Assembly (NCBI GenBank): GCA_903885605.1 | Contig: CAISJD010000118.1 | Span: forward strand, 2,182 to 66,181 | Source of the DNA: an uncultured Chthonomonas sp. | GTDB taxonomy: Bacteria > Armatimonadota > Chthonomonadetes > Chthonomonadales > CAJBBX01 | DNA: 64,000 nt | Direction: 5' to 3' | Shown: positions 56,598-64,000 of the stretch, piece by piece | How positions within the stretch are numbered: the stretch's first letter is position 1 | Layout: every line of letters starts with the position of its first letter | Notes under the pieces: model-generated | What the model was told of the DNA's origin: nothing | The model's database searches: none | Seen by the model: only the letters and a program-made list of their open reading frames with translations | Translations under genes and position numbers: made by a program

Positions 56598-57746
56598 TCA
56601 GGGACCGACGAGCGTCTTCCTGTCAGGTAGCGTCGGGAAGGCGGCGTGCGGCTCCTTCTGGTACCAGAATGCCACCGAACTGATGTCGTCGTTGAGCTGC
56701 AGGTACCTGCCGCCGTCCTGCCAACCGAGGGCCTGGATCGTGACCCGCAGGTCCTTGTCAAACCGGACGGGATCGGTGATGTGCCAGCGGTAGAGGCCGA
56801 AGCGCTGGCCTACCTCATAGATCCTGTCCGGCGGCAGCACCTGCGCCAGGCCGGCGTAGGGCGTGGAGAAGGTCTGGTACTTGCGCGTGTCGCGGTTCTC
56901 GAAGTTGTAGGAGCCGCAGAAGTAGTCTTCCGTGCCGGTGCCGCAGATGGTCGGGAACTCCTTGTCGCCGTCCATGTAGAACTTGATCTCGCCCTCGCCC
57001 CACCAGCCCGGGCTACGCACGCCCCAGGTGAGGTAGGTGCCGACAAACTGGCCCTTGCCCTTGACGCCGTCGAGGATCGTATATAGCGCCTTCTGCCTCA
57101 GTTCGCGCTCCTGGCGGAACTGCGCGTGCAGCATGGCGGCGTCTGCCGGTACGCGGCCCAGCACGTAGTTGACCTGGTAGTAGAGCACCATGTCCCTGGT
57201 GTCGATGTTCTCCATGGTGATGCGGGCCTTCTTGCGGAAGGGCATCTGCCAGTAGCAGTTGAAGGCGCTACCCGGGTTCACACAGACGGCCAGCGAGTTG
57301 ACCTGGCAGTACTTCCCCAGGCCGCACGCGAAGAAGTCGCCCACCGGGCACTCGATGGAGGGCTCCGTCTCATTGTCCCAGTAGAAGCGCAGGATGGAGG
57401 TGCGCCAGTTGCCCGTGGGCGTCATCCAGATCTGCTGGATGCAGCCCGGCCCCTTGATCTCGCCCAGCGTGAAGGTGGCGCCGGCCTTGATGACGACGGA
57501 CGGCGAGACCTTCCACGTCTGGCCCAGGTCGCGTGCGGCGTTCTTGCCGGTGCCTTCGGTGGCCATGCCTCCGCGGCCCTTCTCACCGGTGAGGTTCTCA
57601 GGGCTGATTGAGCGCGACTGAGCCGAGGAGGTACGGAAGAGGTCGCCGAGGCCGGTGGTGAGGCCGCTGGAGCCGTCGGCCCGAACCGCGCAGGGCGATG
57701 CCGCCAGCGCGAGTGCAGCGGAGAGGGTTAGGAGGTTCAGTTTCAT
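56598..57746 (-). CDS. DUF2961/GH172-family glycoside hydrolase (alpha-D-furanosidase type), secreted
   Basis: Inner ATG 57746. Signal peptide MKLNLLTLSAALALAASPCAVRA. Blocks GPGCIQQIWMT, FYWDNE, GEGEIKFYMDGD and CGTGTEDYFCGSYNF are typical of DUF2961. Confidence 0.8.
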   Translation of the reverse strand: MKLNLLTLSAALALAASPCAVRADGSSGLTTGLGDLFRTSSAQSRSISPENLTGEKGRGGMATEGTGKNAARDLGQTWKVSPSVVIKAGATFTLGEIKGPGCIQQIWMTPTGNWRTSILRFYWDNETEPSIECPVGDFFACGLGKYCQVNSLAVCVNPGSAFNCYWQMPFRKKARITMENIDTRDMVLYYQVNYVLGRVPADAAMLHAQFRQERELRQKALYTILDGVKGKGQFVGTYLTWGVRSPGWWGEGEIKFYMDGDKEFPTICGTGTEDYFCGSYNFENRDTRKYQTFSTPYAGLAQVLPPDRIYEVGQRFGLYRWHITDPVRFDKDLRVTIQALGWQDGGRYLQLNDDISSVAFWYQKEPHAAFPTLPDRKTLVGP

Positions 57747-57762
57747 GGTCCGACGCCTTTCT

Positions 57763-57771
57763 GGGGGGGGG
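57763..57771. repeat. G9/C9 homopolymer tract in a divergent promoter region
   Basis: Nine consecutive G residues lie 17 nt upstream of the GH172 start codon, between the GH172 and permease genes. Confidence 0.9.
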
Positions 57772-57922
57772 TCCCGAGGCAAGAGCAGGTCTCAGGGCTC
57801 GATGCCGTCCATCAGTGTGGCACGAGCGCCTGCGGTTGTGCATGGCGCCTCCGTGCCCGGGCGCCGGGGGCGGCGATGGGGACGGCGGCGGCCGGCGCGG
57901 GTAGAATGCCCTCAGATGCGCC

Positions 57923-58843
57923 GTGGCTTCGGCACTGATGGAGGGCCGCGTAGCTTTGCACCGCCCAAGGGCCGCTGAACTTGCCGCCACACTCGTCTTC
58001 ACCGGGCCTGCCGTGCTGCTCTACGGCGGCTTCGTCGCGCTACCCGCCCTCATGGGTTTCGCCTACAGCCTGACGGACTGGACCGGCTGGAGTTCCACGC
58101 CCGGCTTCGTGGGACTGGCGAACTTCCGCGAGATCGCCGGCGACCAGCGCTTCTTCGCCGCCGCCCGGTTCACGCTCTCCGAGACGGGCCTCATCCTTGT
58201 CTTCTTCACGTTCGTCTCGCTGGCCCTGGCCGTGCTGCTGGACCGGCTGCGGAGCATGAAGGGGCTCATCCGCGGGCTCTTCTTCTACCCCTATGTGCTG
58301 AGCATCCTGGTCAGCGCGCTCCTCTTCCAGTACCTGGCCAACTACCGCGAAGGCGCCATCAACAGCGCGCTGCGGGCCGTGGGGCTGGGACACTGGGCTC
58401 AGGACTGGATGGGCGACCCGGCGCTGACGCCCTGGTTCGTCTTCGCGCTGGTGGCCTGGAGCGGGCTCGGGTTCTTCACCACGCTCTACCTGGCCAATCT
58501 GCAGACCATCCCGTCGGACCTCTACGAGGCGGCGCACATGGACGGCGCGGGTCCGCTCACGGTGTTCCGGCGCATCCAGCTACCCATGCTGATGCCCACG
58601 CTGACCACCAACTCGGTGCTGGCGCTCATCACGGGCATCAACCTCTTCCCGCAGATCGTGGTGACCACGCAGGGCGGGCCCGGCTACCGGACCTTCACCA
58701 TCGGCTACCACATCTACTGGCTGGGCGTGCTGAACAACCGGCAGGGCTACGCGGCCGCCATCTCGTTCGTCGCCTTCGCGGCGCTGGTGGTGGTGGCGGG
58801 CCTCCAGGTGGCGCTTCTCCGGCGACGGCAGGTGAACCTGTGA
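57923..58843 (+). CDS. ABC sugar transporter permease (CUT1, MalF/UgpA-like)
   Basis: Six hydrophobic segments and the EAA-loop region DLYEAAHMDGAGPLTVFRRIQLP. Start is GTG 57923 or ATG 57938. Confidence 0.85.
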   Translation: MASALMEGRVALHRPRAAELAATLVFTGPAVLLYGGFVALPALMGFAYSLTDWTGWSSTPGFVGLANFREIAGDQRFFAAARFTLSETGLILVFFTFVSLALAVLLDRLRSMKGLIRGLFFYPYVLSILVSALLFQYLANYREGAINSALRAVGLGHWAQDWMGDPALTPWFVFALVAWSGLGFFTTLYLANLQTIPSDLYEAAHMDGAGPLTVFRRIQLPMLMPTLTTNSVLALITGINLFPQIVVTTQGGPGYRTFTIGYHIYWLGVLNNRQGYAAAISFVAFAALVVVAGLQVALLRRRQVNL

Positions 58844-59658
58844 AGCGGCGGCTGCCCATGCTGGAGATCGCCATGCTGGTGAGCGGCCTGGCGTTCGTCT
58901 CGCCCTGCGCGCTGGCCCTGCTCAACTCGTTCAAGACACTGCCCGAGATCATCCAGGCGCCGCTGGCCCTGCCCCGGTCGCTCAACCTGGAGAACTACGC
59001 CTACCTCTTCACCGGCGTGCGGATCGCCGGACCCATGCTGAACAGCCTCGCCATGTGCGTGGCGGTGATCGGCGGGCTGGTCGCCGTGGCCCCCATGGCG
59101 GCCTACTCCATCACCCGGCGCACCACAAGCACCGGACCCGCGCTGCGCGTCTTCTTCCTGGCGGGCATCATGGTGCCGTTCCAGATTATCATGGTGCCGC
59201 TCCTGAAGCTCTTCCGCATGCTGGGCATCGAGTTCAGCTACTTCGCGCTCTGGCTCCACTACATCTCCTGGGGCCTCCCGCTCTGCATCTTCATCTACAG
59301 CGGCTTCATGGCGACCATCCCGCGAGAGATGGAGGAGGCGGCCGCCATCGACGGCTGCAGCCCCTTGCGCACCTTCTGGCAGGTGGTCTTCCCCCTCCTC
59401 TCGCCCTGCACGGTGACGGTGGTGATCTTCTGGGGCCTCTGGATCTGGAACGACTTCATGCAGGCCTTCATCATCATGGGCGCCAGCCGGGGCGACCTGG
59501 CCTTCGTGCAGCTCTGGCGGTTCCTCTCCGACAAGTACGTGAAGAACTGGAACACGATCTTCGCCGGCGTGGTGGTCCTCTCGGCGCCGGTGACGCTGCT
59601 CTACCTGGCCATGCAGCAACGCTTCGTGAAGGGCCTGACGGCAGGGGCGGTGAAGTGA
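58840..59658 (+). CDS. ABC sugar transporter permease (CUT1, MalG/UgpE-like)
   Basis: The GTG start overlaps the upstream stop (GTGA). EAA loop EMEEAAAIDGCSPLRTFWQVVFP. Confidence 0.85.
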   Translation: MKRRLPMLEIAMLVSGLAFVSPCALALLNSFKTLPEIIQAPLALPRSLNLENYAYLFTGVRIAGPMLNSLAMCVAVIGGLVAVAPMAAYSITRRTTSTGPALRVFFLAGIMVPFQIIMVPLLKLFRMLGIEFSYFALWLHYISWGLPLCIFIYSGFMATIPREMEEAAAIDGCSPLRTFWQVVFPLLSPCTVTVVIFWGLWIWNDFMQAFIIMGASRGDLAFVQLWRFLSDKYVKNWNTIFAGVVVLSAPVTLLYLAMQQRFVKGLTAGAVK

Positions 59659-59764
59659 GGACGACGGAGCCGTTGAGCGCGAGATCGACCGTCGAGTGGG
59701 CTGACGTGCCCGGCGAAGCGGGGCGCCGGCGACCGCGGCGCAACCTGGCCGCAGTCCGCTCAGG

Positions 59765-60232
59765 CTACGGCGGCGGGATCAGGCGGAAGGTGGCGTCGAA
59801 GATGGCCTTGTCCTCGGGCTCCAGCCCGGCTCCGAGCTCCGCGGCGCTCCGGTGCCGCTCGGCGTAGAGAGCGCTCTCACCTGCGGCGCGGGCGGCGTTG
59901 GCCAGTACCGCATGGGCGAAGGCGACCTCCCATGCGGGCCGCCCATTCGCTGTCACCCAGGCAAACGCGCGGACCGCGTAGCGCATGGCCGGCGCGCCGT
60001 GCCCCAGCAGGGCGTGGGCCTGCCCCACCAGCATCTCGCCCAGGGCGGCGTTCTCTTCCGTGCCCACGTGCCGCCAGTGGTGCAGCGAGGCATGGGCGAG
60101 CGAGAGCATCTCGGCATCCTCAGCCTCGACGCGGTCGGCCCGCTCGGCTAGGGTCCAGGCGGCGTTGTTGCACTCAATGGCGAACCATCGGTGCCACTTC
60201 CGTATCTCTTCGTCTGACGGACGCTCGGGCAT
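59765..60232 (-). CDS. Small helical cytoplasmic protein of unknown function (155 aa)
   Basis: Clean ORF with GGAGGT upstream. It starts 51 nt downstream of the large HExxH protein gene on the same strand. Confidence 0.65.
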   Translation of the reverse strand: MPERPSDEEIRKWHRWFAIECNNAAWTLAERADRVEAEDAEMLSLAHASLHHWRHVGTEENAALGEMLVGQAHALLGHGAPAMRYAVRAFAWVTANGRPAWEVAFAHAVLANAARAAGESALYAERHRSAAELGAGLEPEDKAIFDATFRLIPPP

Positions 60233-60283
60233 GCGTACCTCCGGGTTCGGCGATGATGCGATGCCATACGCACGCCCGTGCCG

Positions 60284-63200
60284 CTACTGCGCCGGATGGG
60301 CCGTCGCGGCCACCTCCGGCGCGCCCAGCGCCCTGTCGTAGACGCGGACGTCGCGCAGCTCGCCCCGGAAGAAGGCGCGGCCCGACGCCTCCTCGTTGCT
60401 CCGCGAACCGGCGATCCGGTAGTTCTTGGGCGAGAGGCGGCCCGGATCGGCGCGGTAGGCCTTCTGGGCGGCCTGCGCGCCGTCGATGAAGAGGCGAGCC
60501 GTGCGGCCGTCGAAGGCCAGCGCCAGATGCCGCCACGCGCCGGGCTCTACGGCAACGCCGGTGGCCCATTCACCCACACCGTCCAGCCGCGCCACGACCT
60601 GCCCGCCTCGGAGCGCGAGCCCCGCGCCGTGGAGGCCGCTGTCGCGCTCGTCGCGCGAGTCGATTACGGGCCCCTCGCCGTCCTTCACCCAGGCCGCCAG
60701 CGTCCGCGCCAGGCCGTTCCGGATGCCGGTCTCCTCGTCGGACGCCCCATCGAAGCGCCTGGCCTGCACGAGGAACCGCCCCAGCAGGTCGCCACTCCGC
60801 AGCCGGTCGGCCTCAACCTCCTCGGGGATCAGGGCCCTGTTGTAGAAGCGCACGTCGGCGACGGAACCCGCGAAGCGGCCCGAAGAAGCGTCACGTCCCA
60901 CGAAGTTCAGCGACGCTTCGGCGCCGCCGGACGCCGCCACCAGTTCGTCGGGCTCCAGCGCGCACGCGGCCACGCCAGAAGGGCGGCCGTCCACGAAGAG
61001 CCGGGCCAACGCGCCGTCCAGGCTGACAGCCACGTGGCGCCACTGGCAGGCAGAACCGACCGGCGCGGCCTGGAGCAGCGCTCCCCGCCGTCCCTGCCGG
61101 AGCCGCAACGCGCCCGTGCGGGGGTCCGCCTCCAGCGCCAGGGTGGGTCCGCCGGACCGGCCAAGATGCACCAGCGGTCCGCCCGACTGCGCCTTGAACC
61201 AGAGCGAGAGGGTGAGCGCCTGGCTGTCACAGACCGCCCGGTCCAGCTCCATCCACTGGTCGCGGCCGTTCAGGGCCAGGGCGCGGCCGTGGCGCTGGGG
61301 ATCGGCGGCGACCTTCGGCGCCCCGACCAGTGCGGCCTCCAGCGCGCCGAACTCGTCCCAGCAGACGGCGCCGTCGGGCTGCTCCATGCGGTACGACGCC
61401 ACGAGCCCCCGCGGCTTGCGCAGCGTCTGCGCCCAGTAGGCCTCGAACCAACCGCCCCAGGGCACGTGGTTGAAGTGGACGCCGTCGGAGAGCGGGAACG
61501 GCATCGAGTAGTCGAAATCGAGGATCGCGTGGCCGGTGACGCGGCAGTCCCAGGGCGTGGCGTTGCCGCGGGCGATCGCCTGGTCGGCCATCGTCACGTT
61601 GGTCAGCGCGGCGTGGCCCTGCACGCGGGCGTCGCCTGAAAGGTCGCACTTGCCCCTCAGCGTGGCCCGGTCCGAAACGCGGGCGCGGTCGCGGACCACG
61701 GAGGAGCCGGTGACCCACGCATCGTCGGCCACCACGGACTGGTCGCGCACGGTGGCCTCGTCGCAGATCACCGCACGGCCCAGGACGCGGGCGCCGCCCA
61801 GCACCCGGGCCGATCCGAGCACGCGTGCGCCGGCCCCAACCGTGGCGCCGGGGTCGACCTGAGCCGTGGCGGCCACGAAGCCGCCTCCATTGGGATGGCG
61901 CCGACCCGCGCTCAGGGGCCAGAGCCGCCCCGGCGTCGCGGGCGTCGCACCGACCAGCCGCACCTCGTAGGGATAGCGCAGGAAGGCCGGGTGGCGGTCC
62001 AGCGGGAAGCGATCCTGGAAGCCGGCCGGCGACGCCTCCACCAGGTCCGGCGTGGCCACCACCACCAGCGCCACCTGCGTCTCGCCGGGCCTCAGCGCGA
62101 ACGCCTGCGCGCCCGGCGCCCAGACGGGGCTGTAGCGTGGCTTTCCATCCGGCGCGGAGGCCACCAGCGACCAGCGCCACGCCTCGCCGCGGCCGGGCGT
62201 GTCGAGGCCCCTGACCTCCACGGTGATCCGTCCCCGGCCCGGCGCCGGGGTGAGCCGGTGCGTCATGAAGGCGTATCGCATGGGCGCCCGGCCCTGCGGC
62301 ACGCGCCACCAGCCCGGCCGCGCGGCGACGGGCTCCAGCGCGCTGCCCACGGCGCGGTCATACTCCTCGGCGGACCGGCCCGAGCCTCGCAAGGCGGCGC
62401 GGTAGGCGGCTCCGTCGGCGAAGTCGAGCATGGCGAACCGGCGCAGGGCCAGGCAGGCCACATCCTTCACCGACTGCGTCTTCGGCAGGAGACGGGCCAC
62501 CTTGCCCCAGGCGCTCATCTCCTTGGGTCCGTCGGTCCAGAGCCGCGTGGCCGGGTGCGGGCCGAGGCTGACGGTATCGCCCAGCTCGTCCAGCGCCATG
62601 TGCATGCGGAAGTCGGCGTAGATGAAGCGCTGGTGGTCCTGCAGGACGCAGCTCTGGCTCAGGATGCCGCGCTCCAGCGAGGTGCGGTAGCCGGGCAGGA
62701 TGGCCCGGTAGTGGCGGTTGCGCAGCTCACGCAGGTAGTTGGCATGCGACTCCCAGAAGGCGCCGTTGAGGAACCCCGGCTGCATCCCCTGCACGGCGTG
62801 GGCCAGCTCGTGCGGCACGGGGTTGCCCCAGCCCTCATCGCGCAGGCCCCAGCCGGGGATGTTGAAGTAGGTCCAGCCGTTCTGGCCGCCCATCCACGTT
62901 CCGCCATACCACGAGGTGATGTTCACCTTGCAGCGGCGGCTCGGCTCCTTGGCGGTGGGGTTCACGAACGGCTCCCGGTAGCCCGCCGTCTTGCAGTAGA
63001 CCTGAAGGCACTCCTCGGCCATCCGCAGCGCTCGCCGCGGCATGATGGCGGCGTCGAAGCCCTTGTCGGCCACGAGGCTCATGGGCGACCACCAGAAGAC
63101 GAAGTGCTTCGACTCCAGCTTGGTCAGGTCGGCCCGCGCCTCGGCCTTGTGCTGGTCATCGCCGACGAAGATGTTCAGATCCTCGTTCACCACCAGGACG

Positions 63201-63685
63201 TCGCCGGGCAGGTCTCCCACCTCGGCGTACTCCACGCGGCCGCCGGCGGGCATCTCCACGATCAGGCCGCGCAGCCGGTCGCGCCAGAGGACCTCCAGAC
63301 CCAGGTCGAAGCGGTAGGCGTGCATCCGGCCGTCGCGCCGCACCCGCGCCGCGGGGATCTCGAATGACCGTGGCCCAAGGCCCTGCGCCAGCCCGGCGCG
63401 GTAGGTGATCCGGATGCCGCCGCCGCTGCCCACGGGCGCCGAGGCACAGAGCTGGAGGTAGTCGTTGAAGCCCAGGTCGAGGTCCGGTCCGGGCTCCGCG
63501 ATGGACGCCCGAACCTCGATGCGGCGCCCTGCGGCGGCCTGCGAGACCAGCTCGGCGGCCGACCATGTGGTCGCCCCCGCCAGGCGATCCGTGGGATCCA
63601 CGGCGACCAGCCCGGCCCCGTAAGCGCCGACGGACTGCACCGCCGACAGGATCAGCGCCACCCAGGCCATGCGCAACACGCCCAT
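60284..63685 (-). CDS. Large secreted protein (1133 aa) combining an HExxH metalloprotease-like domain, a left-handed beta-helix and two LamG/ConA-like domains
   Basis: Inner ATG 63685 with GGAGGTG upstream. Signal peptide MGVLRMAWVALILSAVQSVGAYG. HELAH motif at 62798..62812, followed by FWESHANYL. Hexapeptide repeats ARVLGx at about 61560..61870. Two LamG-like modules end in DVRFYNRAL and DVRVYDRAL. Confidence 0.75.
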   Translation of the reverse strand: MGVLRMAWVALILSAVQSVGAYGAGLVAVDPTDRLAGATTWSAAELVSQAAAGRRIEVRASIAEPGPDLDLGFNDYLQLCASAPVGSGGGIRITYRAGLAQGLGPRSFEIPAARVRRDGRMHAYRFDLGLEVLWRDRLRGLIVEMPAGGRVEYAEVGDLPGDVLVVNEDLNIFVGDDQHKAEARADLTKLESKHFVFWWSPMSLVADKGFDAAIMPRRALRMAEECLQVYCKTAGYREPFVNPTAKEPSRRCKVNITSWYGGTWMGGQNGWTYFNIPGWGLRDEGWGNPVPHELAHAVQGMQPGFLNGAFWESHANYLRELRNRHYRAILPGYRTSLERGILSQSCVLQDHQRFIYADFRMHMALDELGDTVSLGPHPATRLWTDGPKEMSAWGKVARLLPKTQSVKDVACLALRRFAMLDFADGAAYRAALRGSGRSAEEYDRAVGSALEPVAARPGWWRVPQGRAPMRYAFMTHRLTPAPGRGRITVEVRGLDTPGRGEAWRWSLVASAPDGKPRYSPVWAPGAQAFALRPGETQVALVVVATPDLVEASPAGFQDRFPLDRHPAFLRYPYEVRLVGATPATPGRLWPLSAGRRHPNGGGFVAATAQVDPGATVGAGARVLGSARVLGGARVLGRAVICDEATVRDQSVVADDAWVTGSSVVRDRARVSDRATLRGKCDLSGDARVQGHAALTNVTMADQAIARGNATPWDCRVTGHAILDFDYSMPFPLSDGVHFNHVPWGGWFEAYWAQTLRKPRGLVASYRMEQPDGAVCWDEFGALEAALVGAPKVAADPQRHGRALALNGRDQWMELDRAVCDSQALTLSLWFKAQSGGPLVHLGRSGGPTLALEADPRTGALRLRQGRRGALLQAAPVGSACQWRHVAVSLDGALARLFVDGRPSGVAACALEPDELVAASGGAEASLNFVGRDASSGRFAGSVADVRFYNRALIPEEVEADRLRSGDLLGRFLVQARRFDGASDEETGIRNGLARTLAAWVKDGEGPVIDSRDERDSGLHGAGLALRGGQVVARLDGVGEWATGVAVEPGAWRHLALAFDGRTARLFIDGAQAAQKAYRADPGRLSPKNYRIAGSRSNEEASGRAFFRGELRDVRVYDRALGAPEVAATAHPAQ

Positions 63686-63808
63686 ACCCACCTCCGCAGC
63701 CACCTGCATCGGCCGCCCAAGATTGACACGCGTTCAGTCCGCGGCTACACTCAGCCACCGACGCCCCGGCGCCGGCAACCACTGCCCCACGATGGAGGCG
63801 CCACGCCC

Positions 63809-64000
63809 ATGTTACCCATCCTGCTCGCACCCGCCCTGCTCTGCTCCATGCCCGTTGCCGGCCCGACGGCAGTCCCTGCCGCTGAACTCACGGCCGGGCT
63901 ACGGCGCGCAGCGGACGAAATCCTGCGCCACCAGAGCCCAGACGGCGCCCTGGGCATGTCCCCCGCCTCTGCCGCAGCCAACGCCGTGGTCCCCTACTTC
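63809..64000 (+). CDS. Secreted hypothetical protein, 5' fragment (runs off the window)
   Basis: ATG 63809 lies 10 nt after GGAGG. MLPILLAPALLCSMPVAGPTAVPA is signal-like. The frame stays open to the window end. Confidence 0.45.
   Translation, partial: MLPILLAPALLCSMPVAGPTAVPAAELTAGLRRAADEILRHQSPDGALGMSPASAAANAVVPYF

Noticed and set aside
57902-57907. TAGAAT as a -10 box for the permease operon.
   Set aside because: It lies only 16 nt from the GTG start, has no -35 element and no room for an SD-containing leader. The evidence is too weak to list as a feature.
61778-61835. 18-nt tandem repeat (encoding ARVLGS/ARVLGG/ARVLGR).
   Set aside because: It is part of the hexapeptide left-handed beta-helix of the large secreted protein, not an independent DNA repeat element.

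Overview
This is a high-GC bacterial chromosome segment. Tat-type and lipoprotein signal peptides and an OMP-like protein ending in F suggest a diderm organism, but I cannot assign a taxon. I support about 42 protein-coding genes and found no rRNA, tRNA, CRISPR array, transposase or integrase. All functions are called from motifs I recognise by eye; no searches were run.

Most long ORFs in the supplied track are antisense or out-of-frame shadows caused by GC content. One real gene (1..2363, minus strand) is missing from the track because it runs off the window.

Gene content from left to right:
- A partial A2M/MG2-like secreted protein and a BNR-type beta-propeller.
- A translationally coupled trio of a Tat FGE-like protein, an unknown protein and a Tat amidohydrolase, plus a second amidohydrolase.
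- An operon encoding a beta-propeller interrupted by a polytopic membrane domain, a BSP-family HExxH protein and a 656-aa uncharacterised membrane protein.
- A tight housekeeping block: ftsK, aspC, a Gfo/Idh/MocA oxidoreductase, an SDR and folE.
- A glycan-related operon of an unknown protein, a SASA esterase lipoprotein and a 1147-aa cytoplasmic protein.
- A CheB-CheR-PAS fusion coupled to a hybrid histidine kinase.
- An araB-araD cluster with a FucI-family isomerase, a polyol dehydrogenase, a YtfQ-like binding protein, a PHP-like protein and two giant GH106-like paralogs.
- A decayed gene remnant.
- A second copy of the uncharacterised membrane protein, paired with a cytoplasmic GH-like protein.
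- Two tail-to-tail MazEF-type toxin-antitoxin modules enclosing a gene relic.
- A secreted Ig-repeat protein, a SagB-type nitroreductase, a small OMP, GH172 and two CUT1 permeases.
- An 1133-aa protein combining HExxH, beta-helix and 2xLamG regions, with a small partner.

The most interesting candidates are the duplicated ~650-aa membrane-protein family embedded in glycan loci, the split-propeller/BSP operon and the double TA island.
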